Positions 13,616 to 26,005 are shown, numbered from the whole stretch's first letter. The stretch is DNA of 63,307 bases, filler included, from Lenisia limosa (GCA_001655205.1; 17 parts of 17 records of this genome joined end to end with filler, not necessarily neighbours in it), one strand, 5' to 3'. Program-made: numbers and translations. The notes: a model not told the origin generated them from the sequence alone.

Positions 13616-13711
13616 ATGCATGGGAGGGAGATTTAAAGACATGGGCTGTCGTATGCATGGGAGGAGGATCTAAAGACATGGGCTGTCGTATGCATGGGAG
13701 GAGGATCTAAA
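13601..13711. repeat. 37-bp tandem repeat x3
   Basis: GACATGG(A/G)CTGTCGTATGCATGGGAGGAGGATCTAAA at 13601, 13638 and 13675. Confidence 0.95.
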
Positions 13712-14234
13712 GATGTGACGACAACTTATTGGATTAGTTTTGTTTTACATCAATTTATTAAAGAGATGGTGTGTGCTTAAATCTTCTCACACCCCCTCAA
13801 AATAATATAATTTTTTTTATCCCCCCCCCCCCCCNNNNNNNNNNNNNNNNNNNNNNNNNNNNNNNNNNNNNNNNNNNNNNNNNNNNNNNNNNNNNNNNNN
13901 NNNNNNNNNNNNNNNNNNNNNNNNNNNNNNNNNNNNNNNNNNNNNNNNNNNNNNNNNNNNNNNNNNNNNNNNNNNNNNNNNNNNNNNNNNNNNNNNNNNN
14001 NNNNNNNNNNNNNNNNNNNNNNNNNNNNNNNNNNNNNNNNNNNNNNNNNNNNNNTCTGAGGTATTAATAACTCTATTTGAGATCATACTCTGTTTGATAA
14101 ACATATATTACTCTATTTAGAATCCTCAGAGGCTTTTTACTGGAGGTAGTGCAGATCAGAGAGCATATGATATACAATCTAATAAGATATACAATATTAT
14201 TATCAATAATGAAGTATGCTTATCATCATTTTAG

Positions 14235-14583
14235 GTCCGCACCACAGTACCGGTACCCGAGGGTCTCGGCCTCCCTCCGGACCCCCATTACAAACAGGAG
14301 AACCCGGTTAGAGGGACATTTATAATATTTGTTGGAGTTATGCTATTTGAGTTTGTTGTGTAAAAACCTATTCAGTTTCCATAATTGCTGACGATAACGC
14401 GTCCCAGGGAGTTAGCCTCTTGAGTCGCACCATTCAAATGTTCTCGTACCTTTGCTATGTTCTGGACCAGGACACTGACTCGGATGCTAGTGCTGAGGTT
14501 GGTGTGGGTATCCAAAGTAAACCACCCATCGATTTTCAGTTGAAACTGTTAAGAAGTTACAAGGGTTGGAGACATATATGCGT
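14235..14583 (+). CDS. Hypothetical protein, internal exons
   Basis: Three phase-compatible GT-AG exons: VRTTVPVPEGLGLPPDPHYKQENP, VSIIADDNASQGVSLLSRTIQMFSYLCYVLDQDTDSDASAE, LKLLRSYKGWRHIC. Confidence 0.55.
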
Positions 14584-14683
14584 NNNNNNNNNNNNNNNNN
14601 NNNNNNNNNNNNNNNNNNNNNNNNNNNTTAATTAATTAANNNNNNNNNNNNNNNNNNNNNNNNNNNNNNNNNNNNNNNNNNNN

Positions 14684-15616
14684 CAGGCTCGTCTCGGATC
14701 CGGAGACGCTGGAGCCGAAGACATCAAAGTATGCTTCTCTTCCAACAAACTCCCTTGATGCATAAATCTCCCCTGTATTGCTTCCCCAGTTGATTTTGTT
14801 GACTTTGTAGAATCACAACTTCTTCTCCTCCACGAACTTCTCGAAGCTCCTCAAAAAGCAAGTCAACGCTCCCCTTGGTATGTTGCCGGGTGAGGGTGTC
14901 GTATCACTACGGCGCATCAACTTAGGATTCCCTTATACGTTTGGGAATCCCATAAATTTCTTCAAATTTCCATGAAATTTCTTGGGATTCCCATGTAAAT
15001 TATGGGAATACCAACGTTTTCACAAGAATCCCAAGTCGATGCGCCGTAGTGATGCTTTTTATATACATTCATACTCCATCTCCCATTTTGCCCTGCTTTT
15101 GGAGCCATGAATGGTTAGAATCCCCATGGACTCCAGTCCCAAAATAAGAATTTTTACTCCATGATAAATACCCATTTCGCTGCTCTTTGTTAGCCCTAAA
15201 CTCCTTGCCTCTTACGTTAGTACGAACTTGTTTTTGCCACTATTATTTTCCTTGTTATGTTCCAGGCTTTGCCCCCGAAGTTGCCGGAGAGCTGGACACT
15301 AGCCACTTTGACCCTGAGTTTACCAGTCAAAATCCTAATGATTCTGACGATGAGCCTCTTGATAACAGTCAAAATGTAAGGGGGGGGGGGGTAANNNNNN
15401 NNNNNNNNNNNNNNNNNNNNNNNNNNNNNNNNNNNNNNNNNNNNNNNNNNNNNNNNNNNNNNNNNNNNNNTTACTATTTTGCACTATCAACTTAACCCTT
15501 TCTGAAAAACATGAGATTGATCCAAATACCAATTGTGAGTGTATTTACTGTTTTAGGACGAGTTCCAAGACTTCGACTTTGTTGATGAGTCGCTGTTGGA
15601 ACAGAATGAGGCTTAA
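14684..15616 (+). CDS. AGC-family Ser/Thr kinase (Akt/SGK/S6K/PKC-like), C-terminal tail
   Basis: RLGSGDAGAEDIK / NHNFFSSTNFSKLLKKQVNAPL / GFAPEVAGELDTSHFDPEFT... / DEFQDFDFVDESLLEQNEA*: the AGC C-terminal domain with turn region and hydrophobic motif. Confidence 0.88.
14905..15051. mobile_element. CACTA-type MITE in the AGC kinase intron
   Basis: TIRs CACTACGGCGCATC(A/G)ACTT at both ends; 2-bp flanking duplication AT. Confidence 0.88.
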
Positions 15617-15935
15617 AGTACTGGGGGTATGTATTTCTGTTTTCTGTATTTCTATTGTTGTTTCTGGAAATAGACTGATTTTATTTATTAACACAGAGGT
15701 TATAACTTCGACTTCTTTGTAATTACTTAGTGTTTCAACCCCATTTAAATAACTCAAAATTCATCCCCAAACATATTACACCCCAATGAAACGCACTAAA
15801 GTTTACAAAAGAAGACTAAGGGTCACAATTGCGAAAGAAGCAACAATAACACTAAATTCGTGAGGGCCTAAACAAAAGGGAATTACGTCTTTATACTGCA
15901 GCTCGAAGGGTACAAGTAATAATATATCATATAAT

Positions 15936-16038
15936 GAGAAATAAAAAAATGAATGTATCTGACCGAAATCGCTTAGTATATATTATATTTGCCTAACAAA
16001 TTTGTGAACACAGCCTTCTGCGTGCCTCCCCAGCATAC
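15936..16038 (-). repeat. Repeat family 1 copy (internally deleted)
   Basis: On +: AAATAAAAAAATG..TATCTGACCGAA..CACAGCCTTCTGCGTGCCTCCCCAGCATAC. Confidence 0.85.
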
Positions 16039-16160
16039 AGGGAAAAAAAAAAAAAAAAAANNNNNNNNNNNNNNNNNNNNNNNNNNNNNNNNNNNNNNNN
16101 NNNNTTAATTAATTAANNNNNNNNNNNNNNNNNNNNNNNNNNNNNNNNNNNNNNNNNNNN

Positions 16161-17607
16161 AAGAACATTCTTGACGATTTTAGGCTTTCCAAATTGACGT
16201 CAATGTAGACCTCGAAATGAGATCTGAGGGTTTGCTTTGTGGATGATTACAAAGCTATTTGATTGAGAGCTTGAATGTCAGACTGAGACAGTATTTCACA
16301 ATAACTAATTGCACGTTGACAAAGTTGCCAACGTCATATTTACGAAAAGGAAATAACTGTTTCAGGTGACGTTGGTCTCTATTTTCGCGACGAAGAGGTC
16401 ATTGTCATCGCAGAGGCCACCAGCAGAGATGTGCTTGTAGGACTCTCGCATGACAATTGACATTACAGATTGATGGAATACATCCGGTCATGATATCTCT
16501 CATAGTCAACGACAAATCGGTTGGTTTGGGCAAATAGGGGGTGCGTAATTGAAACGTCTTAACTGGGCAGGTTTTCCTGTACCACTTTGGCGAGCGAACT
16601 AAGATTGCCATCAAGAATGACTTCAAGTTGAGGCTCAACCATTCCGATGCTACCAAGACGGTTGCGTTCTCTTTCCAGTTCGCACGCACCTTATATATAA
16701 GGCTCATTGTAAAACAATGTAATTCGCAAACAATAATTATACCACACTTATGTAACTGTACTTAAAGCGCGATAGAACGTGACTGCTTCAAACATCACAT
16801 TTATAACTTTTAAAGGGCGTCAGTAGGTGATGGCAAGTATGACATCTTCCCCGCCAAGGCCAGCACCAACTTCAGCGTAGAAGCCACTTTCATGTTGGCA
16901 ATTCAGAGTGATTGAACCATAAGTTTCGTAAACATATCTCATTGTTTTAGGTTGACATATTATGGTCTCGGCAATACTCGGGTTGAAGCTCGAGTAGGCC
17001 AAAAGATACAGTGTATTCTTCGTGGTCTTACTCCATTTGTCTTGATTTGTGTTTTATCCGAATTTAATTTGATATGATCTCAGTCCAACAGAGGTTGTTC
17101 CTTTGTTTTCACTTTCCAGGAGATTGAAGGCTTTACAGCTGGTGATAGCCTTAGCCTCAAGTTTGACAGTGACGACCTTGAGGTAATCGTGTTCAAACTC
17201 TATAACTACGCTTATGTGGAACTTTGAAGTCTCCTAACATTGCAGTGTGGTGACACATGGGAGAGCCCGTGTCACAAGGACAACGGAGGGTGCGGCACTG
17301 AGCCTTTCAACGAGTGCAAGCCAGTCGGCTGCTCGCAGGAGGTTGTCTGTGCACGCTGCCCCAACGGCATGGACCAGGACGGCAACTGCAAGGTCGGGTG
17401 GGGACGGAGGGGAGGATTTGGGGATTGGCTGTTCTTTGTGCCTTATCATTCGTTCAGGAAACTGTCAAGTCCCAATCAACATCTGAAGTGGAAGAAGCGG
17501 ACAACATAAAGGTGTACATGGCCGTTGGTGGAGTAGCCACCGCCTTCGTCGGAGTCACTGCCCTCGTTGTTGCAAAAAAGAAGAAGAAACAGCCCCTGTC
17601 GTTATAG
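16161..17607 (+). CDS. Type I membrane protein with EGF-like domain (5' partial)
   Basis: Late exons CGDTWESPCHKDNGGCGTEPFNECKPVGCSQEVVCARCPNGMDQDGNCK (Cys-rich, EGF-like NGGC motif), then a TM segment VYMAVGGVATAFVGVTALVVA and basic tail KKKKKQPLSL*. Upstream exons are open but unassigned. Confidence 0.7.
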
Positions 17608-17787
17608 TGTATATAAGAAATTGAGCAAGGAATATTCATATTGGACCCAATTGAAGAGTGATTCGAGATACATCATTATAAACTACACCTAAGACAAAGA
17701 AGATAAAGGGAACAACTAGTGGAATAAAATAAGACACAAAAACACAAAAACTAAACTATTGGACTAACATATGATATGTCAAAGCAG

Positions 17788-20438
17788 CTAAACAGAGGGT
17801 TTAGCTCGAGGCTCAATTTCGAGAGAACGGGCGTAAGCGTCATTTTCCGGAATAAGCGCTGCCGGCACATCGGTAGAGAGGAACGTTTCAACTCGATCCA
17901 CAAGGGTGAACCTGAAGAATCAGAACCTAGGAGCCGTGGATATTATGAAGATCGAAATGTGAAATTCAACCACCTATTTCAAAAAAGAAAGCCATGAATA
18001 TATTTCAAAAAAGAAAGCCATGAATAGCCTCGCAGACTTCTCACTGAAACGACCACCATGCATGCGCCATTTCTTCCATTTCTTGTTGTTGGTGGCTTCA
18101 TTGGGGTCCATCAGGCTCCTGGAGACACATCACTCTTTACTTTGGATATAGATATCAGAGACTTTGCAAAAATACAAAAAAAAAAACAAAAAAAAAACAG
18201 TCCACACCAACACGTTTTTGGGAGATATTGGATTTATATAATACGGATTCACCCAATCATCTGACTAGATAGCAACATGCATATTGGCCCCCTTACAGAT
18301 CGTGTTCCTGTTCCCTCCATTGTGAGACGCTCTCGTTCTGGAAGAACATGATCTCGGATATGATAGAGGTGACGAGGTACTGCCTTCTCATGTTAACCCA
18401 TCCGTTGTCGCAGAAAGCAGGGTTGCCTGAAGAACGGTTACGAAAATTAAGGTACATGTGTAGAAAACTTGATCGAGCTCATTATTATCAAGTTGAACAG
18501 AGACAGATACCCCCTGTTGAAGGAAGCAAACCTTCGAGAGTGAACGTCAGATCGGAGAGATAGACACCAAGCATGGGAATGCAGGGGCGGGGTGTGGAGT
18601 GAATGGTCCGACGGTAGACCTGAAACTGTGACACCAAACAAAACATTCAATCAGGCAGTCCTATCAGAAAAAAAAAGAAAAAAAAAAGAAGTTTAATGAG
18701 TACTAAGTATTGCTGTTCATGGGTCAACAGGAATGCAAACCTTGTAAGAAGAGAGGGGGGAAAGACATTCGTTGATGGTAGTGAACTTGCGCATCCACCT
18801 TGAGGCCACTAAAGGATCAGTTTAATTCCGCAAATGTGCTTGTGAAAAATTGAGGGAAGAAATAACACCTTCAGCATTCTCACCTAGACCCCAAGTTTTC
18901 TTGAGTCTCGAGACAGCTGACGTACTAAGTCCAGAAATGATCTCCATGACACCATTGAAGTTACCCAGCTTGAAGAGGGTTGAGGCAATCTATATCAGGG
19001 GTTAGAGACTTGCAAATTAAGAAAATAACAGATTCCCGACAATTGCGGAAAAGGAGAAAGAATCCTTGCGTACATGAATAGCGTGCTCAACGACAACTGA
19101 TCTTTCCTTGGGGGTGGGGAAGGTCAGAACAACAGCCTGGATGTAGCCTGACACGTTGTTGAAGTGGGCAATCATTGCCATAACATTAGGACTCACAACT
19201 AAATAATTAGAGAAGGGAACACGACAAAAGCAATTGCATGACTTGTCCCCAACCATCATTGTTCTTCTTCATCCATCCTTGCGTGACAAGTTCCAGAGGT
19301 CTGATCTTGCTGAACAGCTCCTCTTCAATCAGTGTCATCTGTTCCGCCATGTATTCGGCAGGAATTTTCAGGAACGTTGCAGCGGAATTGTCAAGGGTTT
19401 CAATGCTGCTTAGGGGGTCCACGATAGGAACCTGCGGTGTAAATAGAACCCTATGAAGTATATTTGCTCTCTCTCTCACACACACACACACAAAAAAAAA
19501 AACAAGCTGCGAACATTTTTCTCTCATACAAGTATCATATTGATTGCAGTTACTCACGGGTTTGGTGGTGTCCTTGACCTCCATTACGGCCCAGACAATA
19601 CTGTCATCCTCCTTCTTCTTACGGCGCTTCTTGCTGGTCTGGGCGTTTACTGGCTCCTCCACTACACTGTCAGAACGGCGAGACAAAAGGCACAAGATGA
19701 ACTACACGGTGCGTATTGTTGTCTGTATCCTCATGTGTCGATTAAGATCCGCTCACAGAGAGTTGCCTCCATTGCAGCGTCGTCAGCAACAGGCAGAGTG
19801 TCAACATCGTCATTGAAGTGGGCAATACATCTATTAAAGGAGGCTTCGAGTTCAGCTGCTTCTCGTTGCTGAATAATGAGGTGCCAGGGTATCAATAAAC
19901 AAAACAAAAGCAAGACGTTCAAGAAATGGCGGAGTATATTGAGAGTTTCAGCCACTACGGTCTAAAGTATACCATGTTGAGGTTGGGAAGAACGTCTTGA
20001 CAGAAGTCCAAAAGAAGAGATCGCATTTCGGCGTTGGGAACTCCTGAGAGTGTGAAAAGAACACAGAAGTGAAAAAAAAAAAGGGGGGGGGGGAANNNNN
20101 NNNNNNNNNNNNNNNNNNNNNNNNNNNNNNNNNNNNNNNNNNNNNNNNNNNNNNNNNNNNNNNNNNNNNNNNNNNNNNNNNNNNNNNNNNNNNNNNNNNN
20201 NNNNNNNNNNNNNNNNNNNNNNNNNNNNNNNNNNNNNNNNNNNNNNNNNNNNNNNNNNNNNNNNNNNNNNNNNNNNNNNNNNNNNNNNNNNNNNNNNNNN
20301 NNNNNNAAAAGCAAAAAGCCCCCCTAAAATAGCATCCCTTTTTGTGATCATATCGTAGACAGCACCACATCATTCAGCCTTGAAAGAAGGGAAGAAACAC
20401 TCACCAGGGGTCTGAATGGTGCGGTCCAAGGCTTCAAC
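17788..20438 (-). CDS. Ras guanine-nucleotide exchange factor (CDC25 domain), 5' partial
   Basis: Exons give PAEYMAEQMTLIEEELFSKIRPLELVTQGW, SPNVMAMIAHFNNVSGY..ERSVVVEHAIH, GNFNGVMEIISGLSTSAVSRLKKTW, PCIPMLGVYLSDLTF..EGNP..VNMRR, YARSLEIEPR: canonical RasGEF motifs in order. Confidence 0.92.
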
Positions 20439-21440
20439 NNNNNNNNNNNNNNNNNNNNNNNNNNNNNNNNNNNNNNNNNNNNTTAATTAATTAANNNNNN
20501 NNNNNNNNNNNNNNNNNNNNNNNNNNNNNNNNNNNNNNTCATTAAAAAGCAAAGAATAATTTTTATTTTATAGGGTTTAGCCGATCCTGCATATGATAAA
20601 AACCAAGCACATTTGGAGTTAGTCCTTACCTGTCTTTCCGCTTTTTCAAAAAATATTTCGTTGCATATTCGCTACAAACGTCAACAATGATTCAGTTATT
20701 AAAACGAACTTGACAAAAAATGAAAAGGAGTCAAAAGAGCTTTGTTCCCAAAGGAAGATAAATTTTTGATAGAGTATCGATCCATATTTCAGAAACAAAA
20801 TGAAACACAGAAGAATAAAGAAGCTCTAGTGTAAGACAAATATATATGATACATTTCTGCCTATTGCAGATGGCAATTATTATATATTTACAATAAAAAG
20901 GAGAAATACCAACCTTCCGGATGGCATCTTCAGGAGATGTGAAGAACGGATGTACTAAATCATGAGAATTTCAACATCCCAAAAACCAAAGAAAAGTTAA
21001 AAAATCATTTATTATGAAAGAAAAATATCTATGATATTCAAATCAACTTTTTTTGGCCAATTTGGAGAGTGATACATTTTGTTTTTGTCAAGAGGAGAAT
21101 CTATAAAATATCCATATGTACATATGATATATATTCTGCAACCTCTTTTATCCCTCTCAACATTATTCTTCGTCACCCTACCCTCTCCTCTTCCCTCTTA
21201 TCCTCCTTTCCCTATCAATCTATGACCTCGAGGTTGATTCAAATGAAGGGCTTAAACTGAAATTTTTGACAAGATATAATTAAAAATTAAACTTGTCTAG
21301 ACTAGGAACGAATTCCTCTCAGATTAGTGGATTAACGGAAGCGTTTATCCATTCCACATCCATCTCAACCATAGGACACCCCCCCCCTCTTTCCTCTTCT
21401 CTCTCTCTCACTCTTTTTTTATGTACATAATACATAACCA

Positions 21441-24380
21441 TCAAAACTTAGAGCCCTTCGTCCATCTTTGGTTCTTCCTTGAACCTTCTATGTCTACCGT
21501 CCTTCTCACCATATCAGTCGCGGCACAATGACGGAAGCAATGGCCTGTTCTCGAGATCCTCATCTCCCTGGTATGCTTGGCCATAATCTTATCGACGTTT
21601 CCAATTGAGGGGCTGGGCGTTCTCCCATGTAAACACCAGATCATTCTTTTTCTTGCCCTTAACAAGCCCTTTGATCTCCTTTGTCAGCTGGAAAGTGCAA
21701 TCGTCGTGCCTGTCTCACAGTTCTTCGTTACTGGTAGGAAGAGTGTCCTCTCCTTCTCCTTGAACTGTTTTGCCTTTGGGTATCTCAACCACTCCTCCTT
21801 CTCTTCTAACACTATTGTAGTCTCAGGCAGAAAGCCGCCCTTACGACACATATTCTCCCACATCGGTACGCTATCTTCATGACCCCGCTCTTTCAATCAA
21901 CCCGTTCTTCTCCTTTGTGGGTATGGGGATAACCTTCCTCTTTTGGGGCATTACCATCCTCTTCGTTCTTGCTGCTCCTTCCACCAGCATCCTGAAACCA
22001 AACATTTCCAACTTCTCTACTGTGTAACTGTCTCTGGTTCCCAGCATCTCACATCCTTGCGATTGTGCCTCTTAGCAGTATCATATGTTTTAGAGGTAGA
22101 GAATCTCACCTTCTTCGCCCTGGAAATATGAAGCTGTATCCGTATCAGGTTATTCTTATTATTGTTTTTGACTCCCCTTTCTTTCTTTCTTTTTTTGTTT
22201 TTATACTCATCCATTTCCAATAACGAGGCTAGGCTCAACCTGTCATCTCCTTCCCTCAAGTTCTCCTTCTCTGCTAGCCGCGTCAGCCGACACATTGTCG
22301 AGGGTGTTGATGTAGGCAACGTACACTCGATTATTCCTCCGAATGCATCTTCGGATTCCGTCCTATTCCATCAACATATTTACAAGTATACCTGAACCAA
22401 TCGATTAACTCCCTGTTTCCACTCATTGAGCCTCCCTTCCTCCAACATGACATCACATTTTTGTTGTACCAGAATTGACTTGTAGATCTGGCGTCCACAT
22501 CTCCATACCAATCTGAGAGTTATTCCTGCAGTTACACAAATCAAAAAAGAGGTAAGCTCCTTCGTTACAACGCTCTCATCCATTCTTTTGCCAGCGGATT
22601 GTGCACTCCAATTCCTCCTTCTGAGGCATCCGGAACAGTGCCGAATCTACATCGTTAGACTACCTCAATTGACATAACACCGTTCCCACCTTCATCAGTA
22701 AATCTTTCCGGCATAGCTAGAGGCACCAATGTGTCCCAATGTGGGTCATTAAGTACTCCTCTCCATAGCTCCAACCCTTGGCGTGTCACGCTGTCGATCT
22801 TAACCTTTGCAGTGCCAATCTTTGAGCTCCTTGGCATCATTCTGGGAGGATGAGTCCAGAATGTGCCTAACCTTCCCATTCCCTTTCGACGCCATCCCAA
22901 TAGGATTGCAGTTGAAATCCTTTAGGAAGGCGTCACAGGGTCTCCTCAGCTTCACAATACCCTCCTCCTCTAGGCCCTTGTAGATGGTGGTTATCACCTC
23001 CACATTTCTTTCTGTGAAATTCCTCCTCTTTTCTTTCCTCTCATACTTATTACCCACCAAAAACACTACTCCCAGCTCCAGAATACTCTCTACCCTACTA
23101 CTGTAATCCTCATATCCGCTATCCGGAGTAATTCCAGGTAGCGATCAGTATCCCAGGATTGTTCCGGCTTATCTCCTGCCCGCTTAGGTTCGCATTCTGC
23201 TTGATACGATCATATTTTGCATCCATCTCCTCCCAAGCCTTCTCCACAGCTCTCTTGAACTCTTCTTCGGCCTTTCTCCCTTCTTCTTCCACCCAAATAC
23301 CCCTCTGAACTTCATCCAGGCGCCAACCTTTCTGCTCCAAATACGTGGAGCCAAGTGTCCTACTAGCCCTTCATTTCTCCTCCTCTCCTCATTGTCATTG
23401 TCTTCCTTTCCTTTGTCCAGATCATCACCCCTGGAATGTTATTTATTCGCCTTGAATTATTCCTACTAATGAAATAGTTTCATCCAGTGTTTTAAAACAA
23501 TCATTCATCTAAGCAATCTTTGAACAATCCTTCGCTGGATGGGCACCCTTGTATTTACTGCAAAAATGCCCAAACATGCATTGTCGGCGTACTTGCAAGC
23601 TCCTGTGAGATTGAATTGGTGGCACGCCCCGCTTCTCCTTGTCCTCTTCTGATACCGACGCACGCCAACGCTACCGCCTGGCGCGCCGTGAACTTCATTT
23701 GGGTGATCCTTCCTGATGTCCCTCAGGTTGTCATTAATCCTCTTCAAGGAATCCATGACCACCGGGTGGGCCTCCTCAATCTCCGTTTTTGGCACAACGT
23801 TGCAGACTCCTGCCGCTGCCACGTAATCCTCCGTTTTCTTCTTCTTCTCCTTAGCTGAGAGAAGTTAGAAAATTCGTAACGACTCATCCAAGCCAGGTTT
23901 GAAAACGATAATAGGAAATATTGAAACAGATCACCTCAAAGCTTACCATTATTCGACTTCTTGTTGTCTCTTCCCCTCCTGCAGATGCTTGATGAAGCTA
24001 CTCATCATGCCCTCGCCGTCCTCCTCACTGCTCAATTCCAGGATCTCCACTGGGCGCTTCTTCTTCGGTATTTTTTGGTATGCCTCGCCTTCCTCTTCAT
24101 AACCCTCTGATTCTTTTGTCTTCTCTCGATACTTCCTTCTTTGGCCTCCTCTTCCTTCTCCTCTTTCTTCTTCTTCTTCCTTACTTCTTCTTCCTTACTT
24201 CTTCCTTCTTCTTCTCTTCTTTCTTCTTTGCTTCTTTAGCTGCCTTCACTGCGATCTCTTCCTCCATCTTATCTCCCATTCTCTCCCATTCTCTCCTTTC
24301 TTTTTCTCTCTTCCTCCCCCTTTTCTCTCCTTCAATAATGTCATGGATAAAACGGATTTCATCCCCCTCCGGGTCCTAAA
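21441..24380 (-). mobile_element. Decayed tyrosine-recombinase retrotransposon (Ngaro/DIRS-like): gag-RT/RNaseH-YR
   Basis: Gag zinc knuckles CHQFNLTGAC..C..GHFC..HPAKDC (one frameshift); RT N-terminus NPIGMASKGNGKVRHILDSS..ND; RNase H VPDASEGGIG, KELTSF and NTLDNVSADAASR; recombinase LRYPKAKQ and GHCFRHCAAT..QRW. Many stops and frameshifts. Confidence 0.88.
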
Positions 24381-24468
24381 TATATCTTTATGCTGGTCGA
24401 ACATAGTCCTAACACTAATATAGGAGGAGGTAATAATTTGATGTCTAGAGAAATCATTCATATATGTA

Positions 24469-25124
24469 TAGTCAAAGCTCCGGACATCATTCAAAATTCC
24501 CGGACACATCAAAACTCNNNNNNNNNNNNNNNNNNNNNNNNNNNNNNNNNNNNNNNNNNNNNNNNNNNNNNNNNNNNNNNNNNNNNNNNNNNNNNNNNNN
24601 NNNNNNNNNNNNNNNNNNNNNNNNNNNNNNNNNNNNNNNNNNNNNNNNNNNNNNNNNNNNNNNNNNNNNNNNNNNNNNNNNNNNNNNNNNNNNNNNNNNN
24701 NNNNNNNAATAAAAGGCCACATTCAAGAAATAAATGGCAACTATCCGGGAAAGTTTACCCTTGTAGGCAGTGCTATTTTGAGCAATTTTCTCTCAAAATT
24801 CACCATTACATAGCCAAAGTAAAGTGGAACCCGGAAGCAAATACTCCGAGGGGTGCAAATTTTTGTTTCTTAACACTTAAAGAGGGTAAGAAAAAAATCC
24901 TGTGAAAAGGCAAAAAGGGGACCCCCGGGAGACCAAATTCACGGATTTTTGACGTTTGCTCAAAATTGAAAAAAAAAGTTAGGGAACATTAGGAGGACCA
25001 TTTCTCTTGTATCTGTCGAAACATATTTCAAAAAACACGTGCAATGGCCTATACAAGGCATTAACTTCAAGCTGTCCGGGAGTTTTGATGTGTCCGGGAA
25101 TTTTGAATGGTGTTTTTTTCACTA
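24469..25124. mobile_element. pogo/Tc1-like non-autonomous TIR element (family 3), ~650 bp
   Basis: TA|TAGTCAAAGCTCCGGACATCATTCAAAAT..GGACACATCAAAACTC at left and the inverted counterpart at right; interior matches 42719-43967 and 62702-63307. Confidence 0.88.
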
Positions 25125-25860
25125 CATAATTTCCCGATCTCCAAAATAATTATCAAAATCCTAAACTAAGGCGGACTTGTGAACGGCAGGAAACCTGAAA
25201 CACCCATGAACAATAATAAAAAATTACTGGTGTGACACATTGAAGCACTATTCTTTGAAGAATCAAGAGGAATGACGGTTTTTTTTTTTATCTTCTTTTT
25301 CTTCTGAAAAACAAGAAAAAAGGAAAATAGAAAAAGAAAAAATAGAAAGGAAAACAAAAAGGAAAAAGAAAAGAGAAAAGAAAAGGAAAAGAAAAGAGAG
25401 AACGCATTATCAAGTGATAATTAGGAAAACGTTGAAAGGAAAAGGTCTTTGATGTAGTTAGGGGTTTTAGGGAGAAGAAAGAAAGAATGTATGTAAAAGA
25501 AAAGGAGCTCATAGAGATTGACTTCCAGATAATTACACCTTGTGATTCTTTATAGTAACAAAAAAAGACTGAATTTCTCGATTAATCCTCGATATTTGAC
25601 TGGCTTTTTAGCCCTAATTACACCCACCATCAAAGTATGCGTTGAACCAGTCTTTTGAGATTTGCGGCATATCAGACTTCAAAAAACGCTGCTGAAAATC
25701 CTAGAATGTGACTGGGGACATAAAGCGCGACGTGATCTTCTACGACATCGTACTCAATAGTGTCGGTTTAGAACAAAAATGGCAACTTTTGAGATTATTG
25801 ATGGAATAGTAGAAGATCCTGATGGGCTCATGTTTATAACAACTTGTATATATAGCAATG

Positions 25861-26005
25861 AGAAATTAAAAAATAGGGACGTATCTTGCCGGAGCCGTCC
25901 ACACGATCACGCTTATAAGAGATACTGGATTATAGTATAATTAATTCACTCAATCATTTGCCTTACAACTGAGCACACAGCTTTCTGCGTGCCTCCCCAG
26001 CATAC
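25861..26005 (-). repeat. Repeat family 1 copy
   Basis: On +: GCCGTCCACACGATCACGCTTATAAGAGATACTGG...CTTTCTGCGTGCCTCCCCAGCATAC. A further partial copy lies at 26200-26262. Confidence 0.9.

Noticed and set aside
13601-13711. 37-bp repeats (and the 23-bp repeats at 52596) as CRISPR arrays
   Set aside because: The units are directly adjacent with no unique spacers, there are no cas genes, and the context is eukaryotic.
24080-25512. Phe/Leu/Ser-rich ORFs 24080-24379, 25166-25357 and 25288-25512 as membrane proteins
   Set aside because: They are translations of the pyrimidine-rich strand of purine-rich low-complexity DNA (antisense of gag, or A/G tracts).
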